Numbered from the stretch's first letter, positions 26,936 through 39,686 are shown. The stretch: DNA of 64,000 nt from Guillardia theta CCMP2712 (GCF_000315625.1 NW_005434621.1:419539-483538); one strand, 5' to 3'. Notes: a model not told the origin generated them from the sequence alone. Numbers and translations are program-made.

Positions 26936-27021
26936 TCCTCAAATACACCACCATTATCATCACCCCTCTTCGTGTACTAATAAGCGTAGGCCGCCATCTT
27001 CGCTCTTCGTTTCTCTTGAGC

Positions 27022-29017
27022 TCATTCGAGACTCAGCGGCTCCTCCCAACTTCCCGTCGCTCCTCCCTGCGAGAAGTAGTCGAGCAAGTTGGTCTGTCCC
27101 GACGAGCCGCCTGCCTTGATTGTCAGCTCCTTCCCCCCTCCTCTCCCTCACCGAGAGTGATGCTTTCGCCCCCGAAGTTCCCGACGCCCTGCCCGTCCAG
27201 CGCGTTCCCGACAACGTTGAGTTTTTTTTCGATGCACTGAGGTTGAGGTGAGGGAGATGAAAGAAGAGCAAGAGAAGAGCAGAGCAAAGGAGAGGAGCAG
27301 ATGAGGACAGGAGGCTCACCGGCCACATGATATCATCAACGCTTCCCTTTGCAAGCATGTAGTGGATGTTCACTGAGTACTGCTGTCCTATCCTGTGCAC
27401 TCGATCCTCAGCCTGCATCATCACTCCTGGAGTCCAATGAAGCTCCGCAAACACCACTGCGTTGGCTGCCGTGAAAGTCAGCCCGGTCCCCGCCGCTGTC
27501 ACCGACAGCACAGCAGCGCTTATGTCAGGGTCCTTCTGGAACGCGTCGACCAGCCTCGCTCGCTCGCTCATGCTCGTGCTCCGTCGATGCGGATGCTCTT
27601 CGTCCTGGCCAGCTTGAGAGCGTTCTCGATCCCGTCCAACACCTCGATGTGATGCCCGAACACCAGGAACTTGCCTCCTCCATCAACCATGGTCGCGAGG
27701 TACTCCTTCACTGCCGCCAGCTTCTCTGCTCCCGTCTCCTTGTACAGCTGATTCATGAGCAGCTGTGCCAGCCCCTTGGCGTTCTTCCTCTCCTCGGGTG
27801 CCGCTCGGTTGTTCATAACGATTGCGTTCAGGCTCTGCATCTCCTCCAGCTTCTTCTTGAACGCAGCGTTCGCCTCCTTGGACGTCTGCACCCAGATCTG
27901 CTGCCGCCGCTTGCTGGGCAGCTGGGTGAGAACCTCTGACTTGAGGCGTCGGATCATCACGTCGTTGAGGAGGCACCGGAGCTCCGACAGGTTGGAGGCT
28001 CCCGAGGCGTCGAGGGCCCACCGGCCAGGCTTCGCGTCGCAGTAGCGATAGGCAAACTCGTTCCAACTGCCAAAGAGCTTCGGGCGCAAGGAAGAGATTT
28101 GCGTGTAGAGCTCGGAGGGGCGGGAGAGAGCTGGCGTGCCCGTGAGGAGGATTGCTCTCCTCACCTTGCGGATCAGAGGAAGAATCGCCTTGGTGCGCTT
28201 TGCGGAGGACGACTTGAGGAAGTGACTCTCGTCAGCTATGAGCACATTAATACTCATCTTCGAGAGCTCCTCCGTGAATTTAAGGAAGAGATCGTATGAG
28301 ATGATGGTAATCTTACCGCCCATCTGATCTTTTCCTGCTGCCATGTCAGTACGAGTCAAACACGACACGCTCCTCACCTGACATGATGACATTCACGTCT
28401 TCGTGATCGACGTCCTTGAGCCATTTCATGAGCTCCTGCAGAGCGCGTGAGTGGCCGAGGACAAGCCAAGGGGAGAAAGTGACCTGCTTCCACACGAGTC
28501 TGAGAGGGGATGGGGTCACGATCAGCAGCGGCCATTCTTTCTCGTAGTACTTGGCGATGGCGATGGCTTGTACGGTCTTGCCCAATCCCATCTCGTCCCC
28601 TATCAGCGCCCGACCCCCATGCCGGATGGCGAACGCGATCCCCTCGCGCTGAAACGGCAGAAGCCCGGCGAGCAAGTCAGGAGGCAGAGCTTGCCAGATA
28701 TGCTCGAGGGAGACCATCTCAGAGCTCACGGCAGAGCTCTGACTCTCAAGCTCTCTGAGGGCCTTGAGGAAGGTCGCAGGCAGCGGCTTCACACTTACAT
28801 TGCTGCACTTGCTCAGACTGCTGACAAGCTCATCGTGCTCGGAGACATGAAAACTCCACTCGCGAGATTGAGGGTTGTAACTCCTTGTCTTCATCTCCTT
28901 GAAGATGTTGATCACTTTAGGGTTGTAAGCGCACCTTGCCGTCATCTGACTGTCTCCTGTCATGTTGAGAGTAACCTGGAAAGATGGTCCTGTCTGCTCC
29001 TGTGGCTGCTGCTGCTG

Positions 29018-29051
<34 letters not shown>

Positions 29052-29175
29052 GGCTGATGCTGCTGCTGCTGTTGCTGCTCCTGCTGCTGCTCCTGCTGCT
29101 GTGGCTGCTGCTGTTGTGGCTGATGCTGCTCGTGCTGCTGCTCGTAATGATGTTGCTTCTGTAGCTGGTGGTATG

Positions 29176-29227
<52 letters not shown>

Positions 29228-29764
29228 GTGCTGTTGCTGTTGCTGTTGCTGCAAGAGGATCGGTCTGTTCTGGTGATTTATCATCGATTGTGACGGGAGA
29301 TTGTTTTGCATGTGTGTGAGATCGCCATGGTTTCTCTGTTGCTGTAAGTGCAATGGCCTGATGGGAGAGTTGGAAGCAGCATGTTGAAGATGACTGGCAT
29401 CAGCTCCTCTCGACCGCGCGTTATATTCTTCATGGTCAGCCTCCTCCAGCAAGTTCCCTCCACGATAGACTGTCGGCAACTCTGAAGGCGATTTGTGGGA
29501 TGTACAAGGGGAGGAAATGTTTGATGTGGAGGAAGCGAGCGGAGAGGAGGGGATGTGGCTGGGTCTCCTCAGGCCTTCAGACCTCAAGCTGGTATGTGCC
29601 ATGCTCCCTGCGGATGAGAACAAAGACTCGGAGGGCTCGTCTCTCGTAGAAGAATCTCTAACGCTGTGATGATTGACATGGCTGGAGCCTTTGAATCTTT
29701 TTGCCTGATTTAGTGCCAACTCAATGGCTGCCATTTCTTCCGCATCGACGAACTCAAGCTCCAT
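27022..29764 (-). CDS. SMARCAL1/ZRANB3-family SNF2 annealing helicase with poly-Q tract and HARP-like domain
   Basis: HARP-like [30 protein letters not shown]2 motifs [82 protein letters not shown]. The last exon is inferred by splicing. Confidence 0.92.
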
Positions 29765-30270
29765 GGAGACTGAGTATGATAAAACTTGGAATTTCCTCTA
29801 TATTGCAACGAAAGAAATCTGACTACCTTAACTTTCCCAAAAGTCCGAGCAACTGTTTTGATTGTTTTGGATTGCTTTTTCTGCTGCCTTCACGTCAAGA
29901 TTCTCTACGCGTTGAAACCTTACTGCCAACATCTGTGCATACATGCGAATGGAGGGAAGCATCAACAAGCACCCTCCGCATAAACGCCTCTTTCCTCTCT
30001 ACTCTCTCCGGAAGTTTCACTGATCTCACTGCCTTCCCTTTACCACTCACCCTTCCCGTCTATCTTCTACACGTCTCTATCCTCTACACGTCTCTATCCT
30101 CTATCCTTGTCTCTCCTCATCTACCTCGCACCTCCCATCTTTCTAGCCGCGCCATTTTGCCCGTATTCGCCGTTACCACCCGTTACACGAAACGTGCTTT
30201 TACCAAAGCTCTAATCAATTTTTTCGGCGCACTAAAACAGATAGATTTCGAAATTTTAAAAGTATGTATG

Positions 30271-33200
30271 GTGCACTGACAAAAAAGTTGCAAAATTTTA
30301 ATGATTGACAGTGCAACCTGCAATGTACCGGTACTATCCAGCCCATTGGATGGGCAGGAGTGGGTGGTACTGCATTCACAACGTTATTTTGTCAAAATAA
30401 TTGTGCAAAGCGCACTCCAAGGTAGCACCACGCAATAATGCTGACTCATGGTGACATTGAGTAAACATTTTTGTATCGAACCAGAACTGCCCGAAAAATG
30501 CAATCCAGCAGAGCAAATGATGCCATGTTGCAGGAGCGACAACGACGACAAGAAAGGGCATTTGACCTGATAGAGAACAAAGTCATCGCTGATAGTACAA
30601 AGAAAGTTTACCGATGCAAGATCAATAGGATCGTGCGTCTGTTACTCAAAGTGAACCCCAGGGCTGTCGACGAGGACGGCGAATTGATACTCCCAATGGC
30701 ATGGAAAGATTTGAAGAGTTTGTTTGGAGACCTTGTCACCAATACTGACTTACCAAAATCTAGAAGGAGAAGAGGAGGTCAAGAGCAGGAAGAGCAGGAA
30801 GAGCAGGAAGAGCAGGAAGAGCAGGAAGAGCAGGAAGAGCAGGAAGAGCAGGAAGAGCAGGAAGAGCAGGAAGAGCAGGAAGAGCAGGAAGAGCAGGAAG
30901 AGCAGGAAGAGCAGGAAGATCAGGAAGAGCAGGAAGATCAGGAAGATCAGGAAGACGACGATCAGGAAGACGAAGATCAGGAAGACGACGGAGATCATGA
31001 GGATGAGGAAGAGCAGCAAGATGATCCGCATAACGTACACGAGGGTGAGAACGAGGACATTTCAGGATACCAGGCAAGCAAGAGAACGCTGTCGTTAGGA
31101 GCACTGCAGGGGTACAAGAGTGCGTTGAAAGCATATTACAGAGACAGAAATGTAGCTTTTGACGCGACTGGAATGCCATCGGGCAGTACTTTAAACGACC
31201 GGCTCAGTCGACTCATCAAAGGTTATGGAAGGGTGGTTACTCAAAAGAAATCCACGGGAGTGATGAAATTGAAAGAAGGCAAAAGTGTCTTGGCAGTGAG
31301 AGAGTATGGAATTATTTGTGAAAAGATGACCCAGATACGTTCAGACACTATGGCACGAGAAATAGGATCAACAGGCTTGTTCGGATTTGCTGGTACCACG
31401 ATCATGTGGAACTGTTGCTGTAGAAGCGAAACTTTAGACATTCTACATCTTGAACACTTTGATTGGGAGAACGACTGCTTGAAGCTGACAATATTGAAGA
31501 CCAAGATGGACCAAGGGGGTGTTGACGCCGACATTTTTTCTCCCAGAACAAGGCACATATTTGCAGCACCCAACAAACCTATGTCTTGTCCTATCTTGGC
31601 CATTGCTTTGTATGCGTTTTCCCAAACCAGAATGAGGATAAGTCACACCAAATTTTTTCTGGGAAACGACCAGAAGCAGAGGTTTGGCCAAGTCTTGAGA
31701 AGGGTATTGTCCACAGAGGACATGCAGGAGGAAGTATGGAGGGATGTTGGTAAGTGCTAGCCTGAGGAAGTCTTGAGACTGAGATTGAAATGTGCAGGTT
31801 CGCACAGTTTTAGGAAGGGGAGCGTGACGCATCTACTAGGCATTCCGGGAGGACCAGTCAGTACATCAATATTTCAACGAGCCAGCTGGTCCTTAGGCAA
31901 CACCAAGGACAGGTACATCGGAACAGTGGAACCAGGCAATGATCAATACTGTGGGCGTATTCTAGCAGGGAACAACACCAAGAGCGAGAATTTCGATGTG
32001 TTACCTCCTCATTTCACAAGAGAAGGTCTGGCAAGAATCAACGATATTGGTATGCACAAGTTCATTGATGGATACGACACGTTCCCGGACAGCTACAAGA
32101 GATGTTTACCAATGTTCCTTGCGCAGATAGTGTACCATCTGGACCGTCTCAAAGACATGTTTCCAAGTCACCACTTCCTATGGGGGTCACCTGTTTTTGC
32201 AGTGAAAGGCTCAAGAACAATGCAATTTTTACAAGAATTGAAAGAGCATCATATCAGTGTTTGTCGCGGGGAATGCGAAGAATGCGGTATGACCTGCAGT
32301 GGAGTTCCGATGCACGTGATGAATGTGGCTGAAATCAGGAAGCTGCGAGAGAGTCAAGAACAGGGAACAAAGCTGTTGCACGATACAGTGTTGAATGTTT
32401 CAACTTCGCTACCGCAAGACATTTACGAGCTGATCATTAGAAACTTTGAGGTGAACGGAGCCATTCCACTAGCTCAACGAGATCTGGAAAAGCTGCGGGA
32501 GGATCTGACATCCATGATGAATACAGGATTCAGTGAAATCATGCAAGGACTTCTGACGTCGAGACTCAGGATGCAGGGTCCTGAGGAACTGACAGGGAGA
32601 GGGGGTGGAGGGGAACTGCCANNNNNNNNNNNNNNNNNNNNNNNNNNNNNNNNNNNNNNNNNNNNNNNNNNNNNNNNNNNNNNNNNNNNNNNNNNNNNNN
32701 NNNNNNNNNNNNNNNNNNNNNGGACAGGCATACTGATTGAAGGCGAAACGTTTACATGGGGGGGGATGCAACATCCTGTACCTCAAGGTTTATTTCCCTC
32801 AGAAGACGCCGTGCAAAAGTATGTGGCAGAAATGGCACCTAGGGCAAGAGGAGAAGATTAATGGAGAATGGAAGCGTATTGGTCCACTCAAACGTTTGGA
32901 AGGAACAGATCTAGTATGTGCCAACATGAAGAAGAACCTTTGCAAAGCAAAAGCAGTCATGTTGGCCATCGAGGTAATGGGCAGAAGACTTGCAAATTTG
33001 AGTACTGATATTGGGATCGACCATGAGAACTATTCAGAGTGCTTCAATCATGGTTACGTTGAACTTGTCAAGGAGAAGTATGGACCGAATGCATGGAAAA
33101 AACAGAGAAAAAGATTCACCGAGCTTTCATACACGACTATGTACAAAAGGTTATGTCGGAGCAACACAGGCCGAAAGAACAAGAGGAAGAGGAATGCGGT

Positions 33201-33656
33201 TGCCAACCGTGACGAAGGTGTACGACGGTGCGTGTGGACATGTTACATTGCAATGGACAGTGACTGACTTTGTGTAGGGTAAGAAGAATTGACGCTGCTC
33301 GAAGCCTGACCCAACAGACTCATTCTCCACTTCATTCAGACGTTGACATGGAGAGCAGCGATTGACATGCAATAGCCTACCGGACTGTAAGATGACTTAC
33401 AACCAAGTCAGTGTAATATTGGTATAAACTGCGCAGATGTGTTTGCATACAACGATTATGTCTCACCCGCCTTTCACCATTTTTTCGGCTAAGTCACATA
33501 CAACTTGATTATAAAGAATAATCCAGTACTGATTTGTACCAGTTTTGGAAAACACTCATCATGATTTGTACCGTCCTGAAATGTGTTCCTTGTACCAATC
33601 TTTGTACCAAAATATTTAGTCAATATCTTTAAAACTAGTGCTATAAGCTGTGCACT
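30271..33656 (+). mobile_element. Crypton-type tyrosine-recombinase DNA transposon, boundaries tentative
   Basis: AT-richer island encoding a YR. GTGCACT direct repeats at 30271-30277 and 33650-33656. Clustered TTGTACC subterminal repeats at 33533-33608. Confidence 0.7.
30498..33267 (+). CDS. Crypton tyrosine recombinase with an intron at 31750-31797, a gap, and an apparent frameshift near 32790
   Basis: Catalytic set R (CCRSETL), K (KTKMDQ), HxxR (GSHSFRKG), W (RASWSLG), Y (KDRYIG). Also HIFAAPNKPMSCPILA, FDVLPPHF and C-terminal FTWGG.HPVP../MWQKW. A (GAGCAGGAA)n repeat encodes poly-EQE. Confidence 0.88.
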
Positions 33657-33790
33657 CACAACAAGGTCTGTTTAGTTTCTAGGGTGTAGGTTTTTCTCTA
33701 CCACGATCTCAGCTGAGCAACTCAGACTGGCAGTGCAGCCTCCACTCGCTGCTCACGACGCCATCGCGCCTCTCTACCAGCCACATGCAC

Positions 33791-36238
33791 TCAAGCTTGC
33801 TTGTCCCGAGAGAGGAAGAAGGACGTGAAAGCCAGCTGAGCCTGCTGCTTCATCCAGGACTGATCGCCAAAGCGGTAGTCACAACCTTGAGGCTTGTTGG
33901 GAGGCACAAAATCCTCCTCCTTGATGGGATAGAGCACAACGCGCACGTCATCCCTGGAAGGAAAGATGCTGAACAAGTAATCGACTTCATGATTGTAGCA
34001 CGAGCTGACGAGACACTGCGAGCAGAAACTGCCGAGGATGAGCGTCGACTTGGCAGGCAAGAACACTGAGATCATGGAGGCAGCTCCTCCTGGAGAAACT
34101 AACAGGAAGGAGCGAGAGACCATCTCAACCTGCTCAGCAAAAGCCAGGAGGCTCAGATCATGTAGCAACACCCTTGTCGAAGCATTGCCAAGGGCATCTT
34201 GCACAGAACCTCTGACTTGTTCCATGTTGGTGACCCTTTTTCGCAGACCAGGCTTCTTCAAGATGATCAGAGCATGGTACGTCTCACTCCCTGTACGAGA
34301 GAACGAATGNNNNNNNNNNNNNNNNNNNNNNNNNNNNNNNNNNNNNNNNNNNNNNNNNNNNNNNNNNNNNNNNNNNNNNNNNNNNNNNNNNNNNNNNNNN
34401 NNNNNNNNNNNNNNNNNNNNNNNNNNNNNNNNNNNNNNNNNNNNNNNNNNNNNNNNNNNNNNNNNNNNNNNNNNNNNNNNNNNNNNNNNNNNNNNNNNNN
34501 NNNNNNNNNNNNNNNNNNNNNNNNNNNNNNNNNNNNNNNNNNNNNNNNNNNNNNNNNNNNNNNNNNNNNNNNNNNNNNNNNNNNNNNNNNNNNNNNNNNN
34601 NNNNNNNNNNNNNNNNNNNNNNNNNNNNNNNNNNNNNNNNNNNNNNNNNNNNNNNNNNNNNNNNNNNNNNNNNNNNNNNNNNNNNNNNNNNNNNNNNNNN
34701 NNNNNNNNNNNNNNNNNNNNNNNNNNNNNNNNNNNNNNNNNNNNNNNNNNNNNNNNNNNNNNNNNNNNNNNNNNNNNNNNNNNNNNNNNNNNNNNNNNNN
34801 NNNNNNNNNNNNNNNNNNNNNNNNNNNNNNNNNNNNNNNNNNNNNNNNNNNNNNNNNNNNNNNNNNNNNNNNNNNNNNNNNNNNNNNNNNNNNNNNNNNN
34901 NNNNNNNNNNNNNNNNNNNNNNNNNNNNNNNNNNNNNNNNNNNNNNNNNNNNNNNNNNNNCCATACTTGCAGTTGGAGGAGATCAGAGTCTCGAAGCACA
35001 CGGGATGTCGCATCGCCTTGACATAGATCACTGACTTGGCGAGCTCCGGCAAGATGCGTTGGCTCATCCTGTCACAATCAGCAGCTGAGTACTCGAACAG
35101 ACTCGCTCCGTCATCGCAAAGGTCGTCAACGACGATGTTTTCTGGAAGCGAGACATTTGGTATCATTGTGTACAAGGAGATGAAGGCAGGAACAATGGAA
35201 TCCAAAAGAAAGTGCCCGAAGTTCCCGGCTGAGTATCTGCGCAGGAAGATGGAGGGCCCCGGAACCCACTGAGATCGACGAGGAAGCGTCAGCGAGGTCT
35301 CACTCTCCACTACCCACGCGTGCCTCTCGTCCGAGTCGTCGCAGCGACCTAGTCCAGCCCCCACGAACTGTGCGTCCTCACCCGCGTACATCACGTAGCG
35401 TCCGTGCACGTGACAGACCTGCGAGGCAGCACAAGAGCTTGTCTGCCATGCCGACGGTCCTCTCTCGCACTCCCAGCCTGCTGCATGCCCAGGAAGACTC
35501 CAGGACCCCGAGGCTTGGTCCAAGACCCGCGACTGCCAGAAGCGAACGGCATAGAAAGCCTGTAGCTCGGCGACGTCTGCAGGCTCAGGAGAATCCTCGA
35601 GCTGGTTGAGCGAGGGCTTGTCAAATATTGCTTCCAGCTCCTCCACATTGCTGGGGTCGACAGGGACTCTCCTCTTGTGCAAGTAGATTGACATCCACTG
35701 ATCTCCTGCTCGCCTCGCTGGAAACGCGATAGGAAACGCGCGGAGCTGAGCGAGGACATGTCTGCGCATGAGCAACCCGAAACGACCAGCAACCATCCCC
35801 CCGCTCGAGTTGCGCTGCAAGTGTCGGTGCCGATTCTGAAGGACCAGGGAAGAAGGGGAGACGTCGGAGAGCATGCGGCCGATCAGTGTCGGGTGAAACT
35901 CTTGCTCGTCATCCGTGAAGAAGATCCATGCATCGTCATAGGCTGATGCTGTCGCTTCGAGACTCGTCAGGTACCGCGCCGGAGCTCCGACGTCCTCTCC
36001 CCATGTGACAGAGATGTTGCGTTCCTTGCTCAACCCGCCGTCGTCATTCAGAGCTCCCCAGTCGGAGTAGACGCGGCTCAAGCACACGAAGACATGCAGT
36101 ACTTGAGGGGCGAGCGAGCGAGCGACTCGTCGGCACTGACCTGACGCGACCCGTGGAGGGATGCAGGCAATGCTTGCGACCACTCGAGGAGGCGCACAAG
36201 AGAAAGAGCCCTCCATGCCTGCCGTCACCACCAGAAAC
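33791..36238 (-). CDS. Two-domain glycosyltransferase: GT-A-like N-terminal domain and GT61/DUF563-like C-terminal domain, spanning gaps
   Basis: VVASIACIPPRV..DVGAPARYL..IFFTDDEQEFHP..GDQWMS is GT-A-like. GNFGHFLLD and FAEQVEMVSRSFLLVSPGGAASMISVFLP are GT61-like. Confidence 0.7.
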
Positions 36239-36841
36239 NNNNNNNNNNNNNNNNNNNNNNNNNNNNNNNNNNNNNNNNNNNNNNNNNNNNNNNNNNNNNN
36301 NNNNNNNNNNNNNNNNNNNNNNNNNNNNNNNNNNNNNNNNNNNNNNNNNNNNNNNNNNNNNNNNNNNNNNNNNNNNNNNNNNNNNNNNNNNNNNNNNNNN
36401 NNNNNNNNNNNNNNNNNNNNNNNNNNNNNNNNNNNNNNNNNNNNNNNNNNNNNNNNNNNNNNNNNNNNNNNNNNNNNNNNNNNNNNNNNNNNNNNNNNNN
36501 NNNNNNNNNNNNNNNNNNNNNNNNNNNNNNNNNNNNNNNNNNNNNNNNNNNNNNNNNNNNNNNNNNNNNNNNNNNNNNNNNNNNNNNNNNNNNNNNNNNN
36601 NNNNNNNNNNNNNNNNNNNNNNNNNNNNNNNNNNNNNNNNNNNNNNNNNNNNNNNNNNNNNNNNNNNNNNNNNNNNNNNNNNNNNNNNNNNNNNNNNNNN
36701 NNNNNNNNNNNNNNNNNNNNNNNNNNNNNNNNNNNNNNNNNNNNNNNNNGGGAGGGAGGGAGCGTGATGGAGTGTCGAGATGGAGGAAGTTGAGGGAGGG
36801 CAACTGTTGATTTCTTGCTTGCATTCAGGTGCAGCCATCGG

Positions 36842-38083
36842 ATGGCGGCGGAGATGCGGCGGATCGTTGGAGGAGACGAAGATACACTCGACCTTCTTCT
36901 CAAGGCTGCAGAGGGCGATGAGCAGGTGGCATTGGAAGCCTTCTTCGAGGAGGAGAGCAGGACAGAAGAAGCGTTGAAGAGGAAGGGCGGAGGTGCGAGG
37001 AGGGTTGGTCCTCGGAAGCCTGTGCTTGAGCTCACTCGCGTGCTGGGAAACGGCATCGATGAGGAGATGTTTGGTCGTCTCCTTGCAGACGCGCAAGGGA
37101 ATGCGGAGCAAGCAGTGCGAGCATACTTCGAGAAGAAGGAGGAGCACGAGGAGGCGGTAGCGGCAGCAGCAAAGCGGGCTGTGGAGTACGCAGAGGGGTA
37201 CTACAAGAGGCCGGAGGGGAAGGGAGAGCCCGTGATGTGCAACGTCTATGACCTGAGATTTCAGAGGGAGGAGGGGGAAGGGGGGGTGAAGGGAGGAAAC
37301 GCAGGGCTGAGCAGGCTGGGGCTGGGGCTGTACCACTCAGGGGTTGAGATCTACGGGCGGGAGTTCTCCTTCGGGTACTCGGAAGGGGGCAGGACTGGCG
37401 TGTTCGAGATCCCTTGCAAGTGTGCTTCAGCCGTGATGTCTCAGGTCACGTTCAAGGAGAGCGTCCTGCTGGGCTACTGCCAAAGGAGTCGCTTCGAGGT
37501 GACCCGCGCGCGATCGTGCCAGGCGATGAGAAGCCGCAGGTCGAGCACTTGCTGCGAAGACTGTCTGTCAGCTTCCAAGGCGATTCCTACGATATCGTGA
37601 TACCCTCCCTCCTCCCTCCTCCCTCCTCCTCCCTTCCCCTCCCCTTCCGTCAACAACTTCCTCCCTCACCCCTTCTCTCTCCTCTGTCGCCTTACTTGCC
37701 CACTGGTTTGCTTGGATGTATTCTATCCATTCCTTCTGTCTTCGCCTTATTCTTTCCCTTCTTTCTATCTTCTTCATCGTCTGCTTTGTCGCTCACCTCC
37801 TCCAGGTCCGTCGGAATTGCAATCATTTCTCCAACGAGCTCAGCAAGCTTCTTGTGGGCAAGCCCATCCCCTCCTACGTCAACCGCCCAGCCAACGTTGG
37901 ACAGAATCTGCTAAGCCTCTTCTCCATGCCGGCCTCTGCGCTGGGGGGGATGTTGAAGGGAGTGAAGATGGTGAGGAGAAGAGGCTGTGGTGGGCTCTGA
38001 CAGGCTCTCAGGTCAAGAAGGCAAAGAAACGAAGCGTAGGAGGAAAGAGCGATCCCGTGTTGACCAGGCATGCATCGATATGA
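36842..38083 (+). CDS. PPPDE/DeSI-family cysteine isopeptidase with two N-terminal UBA-like repeats; 5' end may lie in the gap
   Basis: VMCNVYDL, GLYHSGVEIYGREFSFG (catalytic His), SYDI|VRRNCNHFSNEL (catalytic Cys), IPSYVNR. Confidence 0.9.
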
Positions 38084-38301
38084 TGTGAGTGTGAAGACAA
38101 AGAGATACAAGGTCCAGGCTGACAGCTTCTTGCAGGTGACACTCGCTCTCGTCCCCTCGTCTCGTGCGGATAGTGAGATGATCGAGCGCGTAGAAGAGGC
38201 TCAAGGGGAAGCGAGAGATTTGAAGACTAGTGTTGCACTGACAATTCTAAGTTCCAACCTCTCTTAGCTCCCGCCCCAGCTGCTTCCCTACTCGTCTATT
38301 G

Positions 38302-39686
38302 TCAGCGATGCTCCGTCTTCAACCCCCTTACCTGCCCAAACACCAGCAAGGAGAGTAACGGCAGTGAGCAAGCAAAGGCTAATGAGGCATCTGAGAAGAA
38401 GTAAGACGAGACGAGACGAGACGAGATGAGACGAGACGAGATAGGGGGGGAAGGGAGGGGAGAGGAGGAGAGGAGAGGGAGAGTTTCTTTACCCATCTTG
38501 GAGCGAGTTCAACGAAGTTGCCGTGGACGCAAGGAGGTGAATGAGAAACACAGCCGCGACTCGCAGGCGACTTCTCCTTTTGTATCCCTCGACCGCCAGC
38601 ACCTGAGCTCGTTCACCGACATCTCATCGCAGCCTCGCGCACCATCAGGATTAGGTTGAGCATCGCCATCACGCTCGTATGGATGGCAGAGTTGAGCTGG
38701 AAGGAGAAGGCTCGACACCTGCCCGCCCTCTGACTTCTCCTCTCACAGCCTCTCATCCTCACGTCGAAGTGTATGAGCTGCCTGGACCTAGCGCAAGCTC
38801 CAAGGGCCTCCCAAGCTGGACGAGAGCAGAGGCAAAGCCGAAGCTGTGAAGCTGATGAGACGAGGGGTGGGGCTGAAGGAGAGGAAGAGCAAGTTGAGAA
38901 GTACCCAAGCCCACTCGCCAGGATAGAGTCGAAGCTGACGAGAGTCTCAGTTGGAGCGCATACTGTCTGTCTCACCTGTCCGGATGAAAGAGCTTCTGTG
39001 ACGTCAACTTCCTCACCCGCCTATTCGCAAACTCGCTCACTCTCTTCAACATCTCTCCCTCCTCGCTCTCATCCCCTTCCGATCTTCGTCTTCGATTCCA
39101 ACCACAATCACCTTTCAGCAGCAGAGCAGAAGGCATAATAGGCGTAACGACCGAATTCCTGTGAGTTGGATTTAACCGAGAGATGGAGAAGAACAAGCGA
39201 TGGAGGGGAGGGGGAGAACGAGCGCGAGAGATCGAAAGAAGAGAGCAGAGAATTAAATATGTGAGAAGAGGAGACAAGGAGTGAGAGGCAGGCGAGGGGG
39301 GTCCGACGAGGGAGGGAGGAAGGAGGGATACCTGCATCACTACAGCACAGAGGATCGACCTAAACGTGCTCTGCTTGGCACGTGAGCACCTCCCGACATC
39401 CTGCTGACGTCATGGCTGACCTGCAATACGGGGAGGACGAGAGAGAGCAAGGAAGCGACGGCGACGGAACAGACCCACACGTAGCCGCTGCACATGGACG
39501 TGACCAGAGGAAGAGACTAACGCTCGGATCACCTCAAGATCATGAGAACCACCAGCTCGGCGTTGGGAGCGATCGCAGACAAGAACACTAGGATAAGAGT
39601 CACAAGGAAGATGACGAGGAGTAGCAACCGATGGTGATGGGACCCAGCGCTATGAGACAACATCCCGCGAATAGAAGAAGCCCCAT
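38302..39686 (-). CDS. APH1: Gamma-secretase subunit APH-1, multi-exon
   Basis: Exons read MGLLLFAGCCLIALGP.., AIAPNAELVVLMIL, VVMQ|EFGRYAYY, LASGLG|FGFASALVQLGRPLELALGPG. These parallel the APH-1 motifs FFGC...GP, QE.FR..YY and GL.FG..LGPG. The 3' end is approximate. Confidence 0.82.

Noticed and set aside
23701-26980. Long overlapping and antisense ORFs within the BIG exon
   Set aside because: These are shadow ORFs expected from high GC3 codon bias, with no recognisable domains.
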